A DNA stretch of 64,000 nt from Sphagnum compactum. Lineage: Eukaryota. This document shows positions 49,607 through 62,600 of this stretch, one piece after another. The position numbers and the translations under genes were made by a program. Within the stretch, counting starts at the first letter, position 1; each line of letters opens with the position of its first letter. The stretch covers positions 20,016,213-20,080,212 of the forward strand of contig OZ234493.1 in NCBI GenBank assembly GCA_965153455.1, read 5' to 3'. Below the pieces are notes generated by a model. It was not told the DNA's origin. It saw only the letters and a program-made list of their open reading frames with translations, and did not search any database.

Positions 49607-52600
49607 CAACATCCTCCACCTCGCCCCCCAAACCCCTCTGCTGCCCTTGCCTGGCCATTACATTTACAAATATTAATATATTTGGGATGGCTCAGTTTCA
49701 CATTATTGTTGCAAACTAGCCAAGTTTCTCTATCTGCTTATTGGAGCCATGATGAGCATGATTGACCCAAATAATGTACACACCAGAAGTAAAGATAGCA
49801 GCCTTTTGTGACACCAATTTTCTGGAAGGGATTTGCCATGATCTGCAGGGTGGTAGCTTAGAGATTTGAATCACAGCTTTAGTAAATATCTCTATGATAG
49901 ATATCATGATTTGTAGATAGAACATGATCTGCATTAGCAACAAGCAGATTTGTGGGTAGGGATTCCACAGTGATCATAACAATGTGGATTTGTCACTTGC
50001 TTGCATATGTATGATATCTGTGCTAGTCAGGAGGCAAAGTAGAGAGACATTGAATATTGTTATGTTTGAAGTGAAGTGGATAGGCAATGATCTCCAGGTC
50101 GGGACTTGGGACCTCTGTTATGCAATTTTGGGTTTGCGTAACATTATCAAACTGAAAGACAGTTCTTAAACTTATCCAATGCTATGATATTTGATTTAAG
50201 CATTAATTCATTAGCTTGGCTTTATTGTTAGGGTTTGTGCTTTGACTTAGACATCACAGTAGTCTGCAATTTAGGTAAGGCATACATATCTGATTGTCCA
50301 ATCCCACACCAACTTATCATAGATTTGCACACCCGCATTAGGCTATCTTGTGATTTAAAACTTACAAGGACAAAGCCTAGGACCTCAAAAGGTCAACTTC
50401 ATATGTCTGTCAAATGATAATGTGTGATCAAGTCTGATCTCTGCACCAACTTTTCAGGGTCTAGTTCTTCTCCCACTAATCTCATCGTGGATTGGAGATA
50501 ATGTTAAAAGATTTGGACAAGAGTTCTAGTTCTCCTCCAACAACTTAATCTCATTAGGGATTGGAAGGTTTAAACAAAAGACCTAAGTAAACCCGCAACT
50601 TATACATCTTGAAATCCCTTTATTGACATTTGTATTTGATAGCCTACCTCTACCAATGAGAATGTGAGGTTGTACGTTTGAATGGGTCAAGAGTATCTTG
50701 ATTCAATAACATTAAAAAAAAAATTGCATTTAAAAAAAATACTGTTTAGAAGAATTGCCACAAGTTGAGATGAAATCCATCCTTCAATATAGTTCATGGG
50801 AACTAATGGTGTTTTTTTTTCCCCTTCAATTTTGTGATGGACCTAAGGTGGTGATCATCCACATAATTTAGCCAAATTGTTATTAAAAAATATGAAAATG
50901 AAAAATAGATAATATATGTTTTTGGCTACCTACTTGAACCATGTGTAGAAATCTCACGATATTTTTGATATTTTTCTAATTTTGAAGATTTTTTTCAAAA
51001 ATCATTAAATTTGGAACAAAAAATTTCAAATTTTTTGCAGCAGTGTCAAATTTTGTGGAAACACAAAAGAAAGGCCAATGAAAACCTATAGGGTTGATGC
51101 ACCATAAGTGCAAACTATGGCCATGATTCCCTTGCATCTTGGAGACTATGCTACTTGGGGTTGTAGGGAGGGCTGGGGAAAAGGTTGCAACAACTTGTAA
51201 ACTGTAAGAGAATGTCGAAAATGATTTGTTCGAATTGTTGAAAATTTGCTAAAATGTCCTCATCTTTGTCGAGTAAAGTTGGAGTGTCCCCTTCTCTTGC
51301 ATTGAATTGTGTGATGCCTTGGAAGTGTGAATGAGCAATGCAAGGCCTCAAAAGTGTGACATTCGTGATCCATATCTTCATCTTTAAGGATACAATTCAT
51401 CGTGCTTCACCAATTCCAAAATCTCAATCATGGATTGTCAATGATCATTATTGAGATTAAAATCCATTTCAAGATTCAAGCTCTTTAGCATCTATGATCA
51501 AAGTCACCTTATTAACACCATTTAAATAGTACATCCATGCATTTGCAGTTGTAACTTAGAGAACGTCCAATGAGCTTCAAAGGCACACAATGTCATGTTT
51601 ATGTTGGCTTTGAAATGTTCAACACCACATGTCAATCACCTATGTTTTTTGAATGAAATTCAAGGGCTCATGAGTACAGACTTGTTTATATAAGAGCTCA
51701 GATTTCAATCTGGTTCGTGAAATGGAAATTAAGACATTCACCTAACGTAGCAGCCATATCATCCAGCAAAAAACTTTAAATCATGCTAGTTAATTCAACA
51801 TTTCATATTTCACTAAAAATGTGCATGTCTGTGGATGATGGTAACAAATAGAGTGAATGAGGGAAACAAATGGTTAATTAAATTTTCACCATTAAGACAT
51901 TCCATTGTCAAAATGGAAGGACATCAACCAAATACAAAGTTAACATTTCAAAGAATGATTTCAACAAAGAGTAGATTCCATATACATCACATTCAATTGT
52001 AAATGAAAATTCAAATGTGTGACAGCATGCATATATTTGTCTTCATTTCAGATTTGTGGACTTCTCACAATTGCCAAGTCACAGCCATCAAATCCAAATT
52101 AAAAGGGGAGCTCAAAGTGGAGCTAAAATTGAAGACACACAGGCAAATGAAAAATGACAACTCAAAGACTGTAATGTTTAAGAATTCAAGAACCTGTTAG
52201 AACAAAAGGTCGAAATGCAAAGGTTGATATCTGATTTTCATCAAAGCAATACCCAGCTCATAAGGGTCTTGTGAGGTATCTACAAATTATACACTAAATA
52301 GGTTGGGTAAGTGTTTGGTTCTTGATGAATATCAGACCTCCATGAGAGGTCACTTATGAATAAGGTCTATCCTTACAAAATTGAAATCAGGTATAATTTT
52401 CATAACTGGAATTGGAGTTTAATTTCTTGAAGGACTGAACCAAGAATTGGATTTTTGATTCCATTCACTTGTTGGAACCTGATAGTCCTGAGTTTTATAA
52501 AACCTGGATAGCCACAGATCCTTCAAAAAATGCTTATAAAATTGTCAGCCCATCAGCAACTTAAGTGACCATCTAACGCACTGTGAAACACACCATCTAT

Positions 52601-53091
52601 GTTTAAGGTAGTGAAAATAAAATGAGAGAAGAAACTGTGGTTGTCTACCTGCTTGATCTCCATAGTTCTAGCAAGCTTTTAGTACCGCTTTTGGGGGAAT
52701 TGCATATAGCAAAACCCCCCAAGATTTGCACTCTTATGAGGGCTAGTCCAGCACTATATGCATTTGATTATGGACCAGTACATCCTCATTCATAATAAAC
52801 CTCTGATCACAAGGACCTGTGCTTTCATCTCTTCCATAGCGCATGAGGATTGAGGAACAGAGGACCCGAGGTGGGTGGATAAGGGTGGCCTACAAAATAT
52901 TGGTCGTCTTGGCCACTTCCTAGAAGAATTTCAAATTCTTTGAAACTTGAGCCTCATTCGGGAAAAAAAATTTGGACCTGAATATTTCCTGAACAAACTA
53001 AAAGGCTCTGGAAACAACAATGTCTAGCTCAACAAAAAAAAGGATAGGAAAATTTGAAAAATCTGAAGAAATTAGAGTTCCAACTTCCAAC

Positions 53092-53229
53092 CAGTGTTTT
53101 TCTTTCCAACAAAAAATTTTGGGTAATTTTATTTTTCTAATGTAAATTCTAATAATGATTCTATTTTTCGGGAAAAATGAGCCAAATATTCGATATGAAA
53201 AATTTGAAAAAAAATAAAAATACACGCTG
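53092..53229. mobile_element. hAT-type MITE (138 bp)
   Basis: Termini CAGTGTTT...ACACGCTG. The 8-bp flanks CTTCCAAC and GTTCCAAC match at 7/8, consistent with a TSD. Confidence 0.7.
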
Positions 53230-53429
53230 GTTCCAACACCCATTCCTAGATTTTAGTGGAAATTATAGACATAAAATTCCAGTCAAGTTCCAGACATGTA
53301 TATAGTACAGGTCCGGGACTACAGCTGTTGAAGCTCATCCCAATGTCTGAAACCAAATGTACTTAGTTTTCTTTTCAGCCAGAGTCTGTGACATTTTGAT
53401 TTCAGCTCACCCAAATTCGCTGTAATAAC

Positions 53430-53700
53430 CAGTGTTGTGCGGGTATCACAATTGGCACCAAACCCCGCCTATTATCAAAAACGTAACAAACAATGAAAGA
53501 ACCATCCTGAAACCCATGGTTCTTTCGTGAAAACCGCAGGTTCATTGAGTTTTTGAGATAACCAGAATGAGTCTAGGTTTTCAAAGTCTGATTTTTAGAA
53601 ATTATTTTGAAAACTGAATTGGCAGTTCTTTGATTTTAAAATGTGCAAAAGACCAGAATTGCCAGGTGATTTACCAAAATCAAATATGCACACAACACTA
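53430..53700. mobile_element. hAT-like MITE (about 270 bp)
   Basis: TIR CAGTGTTGTGCGGGTAT versus right reverse complement TAGTGTTGTGTGCATAT; the TSD is decayed. A related left end, CAATGTTGGACGGTTCTCAC, occurs at 58991. Confidence 0.55.
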
Positions 53701-54119
53701 AGGATGACTAATATCCCATCTCATCCAAGGCTATACATAGTACAAGTGTTTAACCCTAGTAATTCACAGGTCTCCAGCCAAATAGCTCTAGAATAATTAG
53801 CCCGCCCACGCCCTCCTTGCTTTAGGAACCCATGTGAGCTATTGCCAAACAATACAATTAAAATCTTTAAGGACCCATGTGATCACTTCCCATGTGATCC
53901 AACTCTATGTATTACACCCTTTTCTATATATCCATTGCGACAAAGCTCTTGGAGGTTGCACTAGATGTCAGAAATTTTGATTGTTAAAGAAAGTGAGGGT
54001 AAAACACATCAATCACCAAACACTTATCCATGATCGAACATTTGAATATCTTTCTCATTTTTTTTTGTTCATGTCCATTTAAGAGTGATCGAATAGTTAT
54101 GAGTGCACCGCGTGAAGCT

Positions 54120-54470
54120 CTTCATAAGCTCTTTGAACTAGAGGCAAAGGAGCAACAGACAAGAAGCATTCTTTGAACTCCAGAGGCAAAGGTTTCCTTC
54201 ATTTTTTTTTAGCAATGTAAACAACTATGGATTTGAGAGGAGGAGCCCTCTTTGAACTCCAAAGGCAAAGGAACAATTTTTAAAAAACAACAAAAAAAAA
54301 TGAGCATATCCAAATCACAAAATGTTGGAACATGTTCATCACCAAACATCAACCCCTTTTACTTTTGCAACCCATATATTCCTCATTTCTTGCCCATTTT
54401 GAGCAATTTAAATGGCTAGAGTGTGCCAAGAAAGATTTCAATAATCTCTTTGAACTACATAATCAAAGGA
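54120..54470. repeat. Dispersed repeat with CTTTGAACT..AGGCAAAGG subrepeats; inverted homologue at 59515-59620
   Basis: Subrepeats at about 54129, 54170, 54248 and 54446. The reverse complement of 54350-54458 aligns by eye with 59515-59620. Confidence 0.6.
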
Positions 54471-55431
54471 AGAATGTCCAAAGATTTTAAGATGTCAGAT
54501 ACACCAAGTGTTTGGTCACTAGAATGTCTACCCTCTTAGTCCAAGCTTTTTTTAACGCTTATAATATGAAAATTTTCAGCTCCATTTTAAAAGAAATGAT
54601 TTGAAATTAAGGTCAAAACATTTATCCTTTTTTTTCATAAGAATTTTGGCCACAATTTTGATGGACCAAAAAAGAAAGTAAAATTTAAACATTTCCCAAA
54701 GAAAATTGCACACCAAAATTGAGCTTTGAAAACATGGTGGCTCCCAAAAAAAATTATTTTTCAAACTTCCCTAAGGTTACCCCCATAAGATGCATCCACT
54801 TGTCACACTGAGAAAAAGCTGCTCTTGTATCGCGCTATGTTGGTCAAACTTATCAACTAGTCCACTTGAGGAGGTGGACCATGTCTTGGAAAATGGATAC
54901 CACTTGCAGAAGTGAAGTTTTTTAGTTTTTAAAAACTTTCTCATGAATTCAATGAAGTTTCTTATTTTGTTCCAAGTCCTTCCAGGACTGCCATCTGGGT
55001 GTCAAAGTTCACGTTTCAGTTGGTAACCATGAAGGTAAAGAAAAAGGTATTTCTAGGCAAGCATGTGTGCTGCCCAAAATGGTGAACTTCATCTAAGGAG
55101 ATGGTGGGCTCATTAGGCAAAAGAAAGAAGAAAATCATAAACTACGAGCAAAAGAAGAATTCATCATGCATCACATGTTTATCTGAGTGCTCCCATCTTT
55201 TGGCCTTATTAGCGAGTCTCCACCCACAGCAGGAAGAGCTCGTGTACCAAGAATTTCGGATGAAGTATAGCAATCAAACTGTGTCAAATTGGCATCACTG
55301 TATTGAGAAGGGCAAGCGCTGCACAAAAGGAGATGATTAATTTCGATTGGCCAATGATAATGATTGGCCTAGATGTTTAGACTAAAATAGTCTCTTAGTT
55401 TATGTTGTTCAGTTTTTCATTAGAATTGGTT

Positions 55432-57860
55432 TGATGAAACCTTGCCAACCATAAATTAATCAAAGCACCCCCAAAAAGGGTAAACAAGGAACAAAATGGA
55501 AGGACTCACTCCCAAGAAGACAAATGTACCACGTAAGAGGGCGAACCACAAGGGGAACATCAAGTTCCTGAACCCCCTCCTGTCGCAAGAAGCATAATAG
55601 GAAAGGGGAGGACCTTTTGAAAAGACGCCTAGCTTAAATAAACCTTCACCTATTGCAACAACAGTTCTCAAAATAGAAACCGCTTGCACATGCTAAATTG
55701 CCATGGACACCTTTTGCCTATAAAATGCACACAAAACTGAAAAAGGAGGGCCTTCAGTGCCTTTCATTCTCCACACCATGTTGGCACATCAATGAAGAAA
55801 CTTGTCTGCCTATTAGTGTAAACATCCGAATACCTCTATAGTTAAATGGAAAAACATGTCCATTGGGAACCAATCATGATAAACACCATCCTTCAAATGA
55901 GTCACGATTGTCGTAACAAGCCAAAAAAAAAAAGCAGCCTGCAAAATCAAATCAACTCGAGTGAGGTCGATGATGATAACGTCTGCTAACATGCAAACAC
56001 CATTGACTAATAGCACAATGTCAATTCAATGGCACGAAGACTACAAGGCAAGGGGTGGAAGGACATGGGTTTATTTTTGCAAGACATGAAATCCAATCTC
56101 TCGCAATGGCTGGAAAAGCATCTCGCATAACATCATGCGATGTCAATTTTTCCCCACCATGAGTGCATCAAAAAAGGTGCATCCCCATAGGATCCAAAGG
56201 CAAGCTATAAATGTAGTGTGACACTCCAAGGACTAAAGGATGGGAAAGACCCAACCTAGTGCGTAATGCAATGGAAAAAACATCTAAAGCTAGGTGGAAA
56301 AAAAGAATGACTGGATGGGTTGACAACCAAGCACCTGCACACAACCTCAAGCACGCCCAATGCAAATCAGAAGGTAAATTAAAAAGATGTTGTAAAAGAA
56401 TGGTCTCTCTGAAATATTCTTTTGAAAGCAATATGCGCCTTTCTTGGCCAATTGCTCAAAAGAGGGCACACATGTTACAACCTTCAATAGAAGAAGTTCT
56501 CGTGCTAATTTTAAATGCATTTAAAAAGGGAGTGGCCCCAAGCTATTTGCACCTATCGCCTCCAACAAGAACGAATAAGAATCCAACAAAAAACTAAAAG
56601 CTATGACAAGGTCAACTAAAGCCCAATTCCTTATATAGGCAACTGGAGCAATCACCTCCAAGGAAATCAACCCTACAACCCCATTAGAAATGAAGAAGCC
56701 ATCTACCAAGGATTAGAGGGGCCTTAGGGTGCTCCAATGAACCCAAAGCCAAAAGTCTTTCTAAAACTCCCATTAGGGTCGAGTGAAAAACAACAAATTA
56801 ACTCTGAAAACTTGGAAAGGGGGGGGGAGAAACAACGAAGCAAAAAAGAAGGCCTTTAGGTGAAACATCGCAAAACGATATCAAAAACCACTTGGATATC
56901 CTTTAATCTTGGGAGCATGTGTGTATGCCAAACACCCTTGCCTAGAAACTCCTGCAAAAAAACATAGGTGAAAAAAATAAAGCCAAAGGGGATGCCAAAG
57001 ATCTTGATGCCATCAAGGGGGTAAAAAAATTCAACAAGGGGGGATGAACCCAAAAGGTAAACCAGATGAAGCCCAAGGCGAGCACTTGAAAGGTTGAACA
57101 AACAACCCCACAGAAACCAATTGGGAAACAAAATGATTAAAGGTGAGGGAGATGACATTGGCATGGCCAAGGATATGGGTGTCATCAACCAAGGAAAGGA
57201 AGAAATAAGAAGGGAAAACCCCCCAAAACAACACAAAATACAAAAATGAGCTAGCACAAAAAGAGGCCTTACAAGCAAATCGCCCTAACATGTGCCAACA
57301 AAAGAAAAAAACAGATAAATCCCCCAAGGAATAATGATGATTGAAGAACAAAGGAAAACAAACAAAGGGGAAAACCTAGGAGAATCGACGTTCTACTGCC
57401 CAAAGCTTCTAAAATATGGCCTTACGTGATACGATGTTGGAAGCGTTTACAATGTCTACCTAAAGCACCACCCAATCAGGATGGGCATCCAAAGTGGCCC
57501 AAACACCATGGACCATGGCATCACAACCTTTTTTAACCACCACCCCAAACTAATATGGTGACAAGGGAGAAACAAATGCATCACAAAACTACAAGCATAA
57601 AACCCTATTCACCAATTGATAAAACACTTCTCCCACTACAATCAGATGGATGCCACCAAAGGGTTTGGCCAAAGCCAAAAATTGACTAGCCCTAGAAACC
57701 TAAGCCACGAACCCAAGGATGCAACTAATTATCACATGGGAACACAACTAATGAAGCTAAATGAAGCCATTCACTGAATCCTCAGGGTTAAATTTTTTTT
57801 GAAGGTGCTCGAAAACCATGCCAGGCGGACCACCAACAAGTGAAACATGCACAAAAATGT
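55432..57860 (-). mobile_element. Decayed CRE-like non-LTR retrotransposon (RT, zinc motif, restriction-like endonuclease)
   Basis: Minus-strand motifs in order: LALAKPFGGIHLIVVGEVFYQLV (cf. GGIRPIAVGE); *FGVVVKKGCDAMVH; VL*VDIVNASN (cf. DxxNAFN); GTC*GDLL..PLFVLAH (cf. QGDPL); SLVDDTHILG; LDPMGMHLF*CTHGG...HDVMRD; IDIVLLVNGVCMLADVIIID; K...Y...FP...EVFG. Many stops and frameshifts. Confidence 0.8.
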
Positions 57861-58164
57861 CAACCTAAAAGTTTTATCACGGGCACAAAAAGAACTAAAC
57901 AACAAGATTTCCAAACCATATGATCATAGGTAAGTCTAGTTTTAAATCTAGGTCATGGAGTAGGAAAATAAAAAATAAAAACAAAATGTGTGCATGATAT
58001 GAATGCAAAAAGACTTTATTACAAAAACATGACAAGAATAAAACAAGATCACAATAAATATACGTACTCAAAATTGGTGTTAAATAGACTAAAAATATTG
58101 TGGGATTGTACTTCTATTTATACCCATTGGGCACTTAATTTAAGGAAACTTCTCAAAAAACTTT

Positions 58165-58263
58165 CAACCTACATGTTCACCCATGTGTGGCCCATGTCCA
58201 TTCATGTGTGGCCCATGTTCACCCATTAGTAACCCATGTGTGGCCCATGTCCATCCATGTGGG
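58165..58263. repeat. Tandem CCCATGTGTGGCCCATGT minisatellite
   Basis: Three to four copies of catgtgtggcccatgt with short variable linkers. Confidence 0.85.
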
Positions 58264-59001
58264 AATTAATAATGAACTGAAATTTAATTATGAATTCATT
58301 AAAAATTAATTGAAAGTAAATTAAATCTTAACTAAAACTAATCTAAAAGTTAATTAAAAATGAATTGGAAGTGAATTAAAGGATAATTACAAGCTAACTA
58401 AAAATTAATTAAAAGTTAGTCAAAACTAAAATAGAAATTAGGTACAAGTTAATTATAAGTTATAGATGAACAATCATATGAATGAATTCCATGGTGTTGG
58501 CATCTTTGATAAGTTCATGAAAAGTTCAAGGTTTGAATATGGCTAAAAGTCTAACAAGGAATTTGAATAAGGGGGAGTTTGTGTTCAACAAGTGCAAAAC
58601 AAATAACATGTTAACTGCTTCTTAAGATGCCAAAGTTGGGGTACAAGGGGCGAGATCTTGAAGGCACACACAAATTCCTTGACACACCTCAAGGCTAAAC
58701 TTTGCCCCAACTAACATAGGAGGGGTGCCATAAGGGCATAATCAAAATTGGACAAAATTGTTGATACGCCCATAATTGAGGACAAAGTTGCCACATGTGT
58801 TTGCACTTGCAAAAGGTGCTCCACCTAAAGCTCCTCCTAGTTACCAGAAAAAAATTGTGGAAAATGTGCCCTAATTTCTTTATATCCAATTTATCCCTCA
58901 TGAAGGAGAAGAAAAAGACACCATTGAAAAAACAACAAGAATACATGTTAAGTCATCACATCAAATAATCACACGCTAAGCAATCAAAAGCAATGTTGGA
59001 C

Positions 59002-59088
59002 GGTTCTCACTTTTTCAATGAAAACCTTTCAGGTTTTTAGTTTAATTCTCAAAATGAAAACCAAAGGTTTTCACATAAAGTGATAACC
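59002..59088. repeat. Short foldback hairpin within an hAT-like MITE relic
   Basis: ggttctcacttt...tgaaaaccttt..ggtttt versus aaaaccaaaggttttca...aaagtgataacc. Confidence 0.55.
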
Positions 59089-59634
59089 TTTTTGAGAACC
59101 TACATGTCAATTTGTGCCCAAGTGAAAATTGGCTTTTTGAAAACCTTAAAAGATATCAATTGAATTTTTTTGTGATAACCTTTAAGGGTATTAAAACATG
59201 TGGGCATTGGTTTTCAGCGTTTTCAATGTGTTTAGTGTTTAAAATAGACTAGTTGGTGACCGAACACTTAAGCGCTTAATGCAAGCCAGATTTAAGAAAA
59301 AGGTTTTGTTGTTTTTAATGTCCAAATAGAATTTGAACTCCTCTTGGTGCATTTGACACACTAACAATGATCAAAAATGGATTAAAAACGAAAAAGTTAT
59401 AGCCCCCAAAAATAAAAAGGGTCAAAACCTCAAAAAAAACAAATCACCAAACATTACAAAGACTAGTTCCCAAACACCCAAAAAATTCCTTGTATGTTGA
59501 TCTATTGCTATTAGTGTTCAAAGATGATTTGTAAAACTTTGGGTGGCACTCCTATAACACTTTAAACGTTTAAAATGCACAAGAAATAAAAAAGTTATGG
59601 GGTTTGAAAGTAAGAGGGCGTGACCTAAAAACGA

Positions 59635-62600
59635 TGTCAAGCAATTTTTGTGGATGAAAGCAGAAACCCTAATTCAGCTCTATTGTAAAACTACCAAAAC
59701 CGTGGCGTTTCAAGGACACCAAAAAGTTCAATTTCTTATTTCTCTCTTTTTGGCTTGGTTTGTTGTTTTATAGGTTATTGTGGAGTGGACTTGGTGAGCT
59801 GGTTTTAGTGATGGAACACGATCCTGGCTGCTCAAGGGATACTCTTGATGAGAAGTGTGAATCACGATTATAATGGAAGATTGGTGTAGAGCTTTTTCGG
59901 GAACGAAGGGATGTGGAAAGGAGAAAGCTATATGAAGCTAGTTGAAGTGAAAGAAGGCAGATTTTGGCGAGTGGGGGAGAAGCTAAGTTCCTGTTTTTTT
60001 GCTAATTAAGATGTGTGGAATTTGTTTGGAATTTCATAATACTCAGTTGGGGACATAAATCCCTCTAGATTTATTCTTCTCTTGAACCTAGCACTTAATC
60101 TTCTAATGTGCCAAGAACGTCAGGAAGGAAATAAGAGGTCTAGTGTTTGTATTTTAGGGACCAAAACAGGGGAAATGATGAATGAATCTAGCATTTCAAG
60201 AGCAGATTGTTGTGGCAGCATCATCTTTGACAATTTGGGGGTCTTAATGTGAATGTGCAATTTGGTCATTCTGAGAAGAGAATAACTGTTGGATAGTGGG
60301 AGCTCCGAGGATTTTGGAATTAGAAGATGTTGTGATGTGAGGATGATCACATCTATTTACGCTGTTCTTAGACTCTATCCAACTTTTTTGAAAAACCATG
60401 TAATCTGTGGGGTTACATCTGTGGGGATTCCGTTGTTGAAGGATGAGCTACCACACTCATTAACAATAAGTTGGCTCCTTGAGAGGAAATTAAGAGAGAA
60501 CTGATCCCTTGAGGTCCATAAAACTAGAATAACCAGATTTGTTTGGCTAGATTGGGTTTAAAAACCATACTTGTTGTAACATTCCTTCTATTTCTGAAAA
60601 TTTCAGCAGATCTTATTGAATTTGTATTCACAATGTTGGGGATTTCCACACTAGAAATCATCTCCCCTTCTTTTTGGTATCAAAGCTAGTTGATCCTAGA
60701 AGGTTGGAACATATGTGATTACTAGGGTACTTGGATGATGAAATGTCCCAGAAGTTAGGATGTTTGATTCTAGTGAAGAACAATTAGTTGTAAAGACTCA
60801 GGAAATTCAAGAAGAACATATCACAATTAGGTTTGATTTTCCCAGAACTCAAGGAGTACCACGAACACGAACGTTAATTCTACGTCAGTTAAGATTCGGT
60901 CTTGTTGCCATTATAGGAGTGAATCTCTATGAAGCACAAGCTGGAGACATTGTTGTGGAGCTAATGCACAACGGGTTCTGTACTAGGGCACAAGTCTAGG
61001 TGAAAATGCAAGATGGAGTAGGAGGATGGGTTCAAGTGCAAGATTTCAGAGACAATATCATTTTACCTCCTACTTTGCGTAGGGTGTCAACACACAAATC
61101 AGAAAGACAAAGACAAGTACTTCGAAATAGGTGATGTTTGGATTTTTTTTCTCCTGTTTCCCCAAATCATTTCAGCAAATTTTTCATTCCAGGAATGGAG
61201 GATTTATTTCAGACTAGAGACTAGATACTGAAGGTGGAGAACTCTGGAGCAAGATTCCAATTAATAAGTTGGAGAACATTTGATGAGGACAACTTTGGGA
61301 TATGATGGCAAATGCATTTTATAGATGAGCAAACTTTCTCTCTTCTATCATCTAATGTTGTGATTTTAAATCTAGTACAGAAGGAGAATAGTCCAATTTC
61401 TTTTCGTGATCAAAGATTGATAATCTAGTCTTGAAGAACTATACAAATCTACTAGAGTAGCATACAAATCTAATCTATGTTATGAGCCACAGAGTACAGT
61501 CAGCCATTACTACTTTTAAAGAATTAGATTTTTGTAGAGAACCTGTTGGTACTCTCATTATAAGATGTCACAGATTTGGCTATTACTAGGATCATTGGTT
61601 TTTGATCATGATTGGCTACATAGCCATTAGCACATGACCGTCAATATTTTGCACTCAGGCAACAATCTGGTTGAAAACCAAGACAGAATCTGATGGATGG
61701 GGAAGGCGCCTCATCTAGATCAATGAAACAAGAAGTTGTATAGGTAACAACAACCTAGAAAAGGATGGGTGTAGAACAAGTTCCTACAGCAAAGGACTAG
61801 CAATAGGTAAATCTTTACACATGAAGGGTTAAAATGACTAGTCCCCAGAGCAAGGACGAATTGTTCTAGGGACAAGATCATGAGGATGTAAATGATTGGG
61901 CTAAAAGACTAACAATGGTAGTAAAAGTCTAGGATTTGAATGTTGATAAATTGTTTAAGATTGCCAAGTTGAACCTAAGAGAGAGGGCCAAAGAATGGTT
62001 CAAGAAATTGAATCCTACACCTATTGATTGGATATAACTATGTACCTAGATAGTGCAGAAATATGGTAATATTAATGTTGATGACATCCAGCTCAAACTA
62101 AATGCCATCAAACAAGAACCAAAAGAAAGGGTTCAAAAATACTATGAAAATATGAATAAGCTTTTTCAATGGGGTCAAATACAAGATGCAGAATAGCGTC
62201 ACAAATTTCTAGCCAAATTAAGGCCATAAATAAGAAAAATTTGCATTATCAAAACCTACACTGACATTGAGGAGGTAGTTATTGTTGCTACTAAAATTGA
62301 ACGTGTATTGGGAGAACTAGGGGAGAACCCATACAAACCTATGAAGGAAGAACAAGATGACACAACATCTGGAAAATCCACCATAGATCAACAACTTCAT
62401 GTTTTGAATGAAACTCTCATTAATTTCTTTGGGAAAGGGACTAATGGCAAGGCTGGACCTAGTACAACATTTTCTGCCAACACTAACAACCGTTGCCAAT
62501 TATGTCGCTCAAAAGAACACACAGCCTCAGCATGCCCTAAATTTGCAGACATAAAGCCAAAATGTGCCAAGTGCGGAGGTGGGCATAAGATTAACAATTG

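Noticed and set aside
51100..51800. Possible NB-ARC pseudogene fragment on the minus strand (CVPLKLIG)
   Set aside because: Only one weak motif; no P-loop or kinase-2 motif found.
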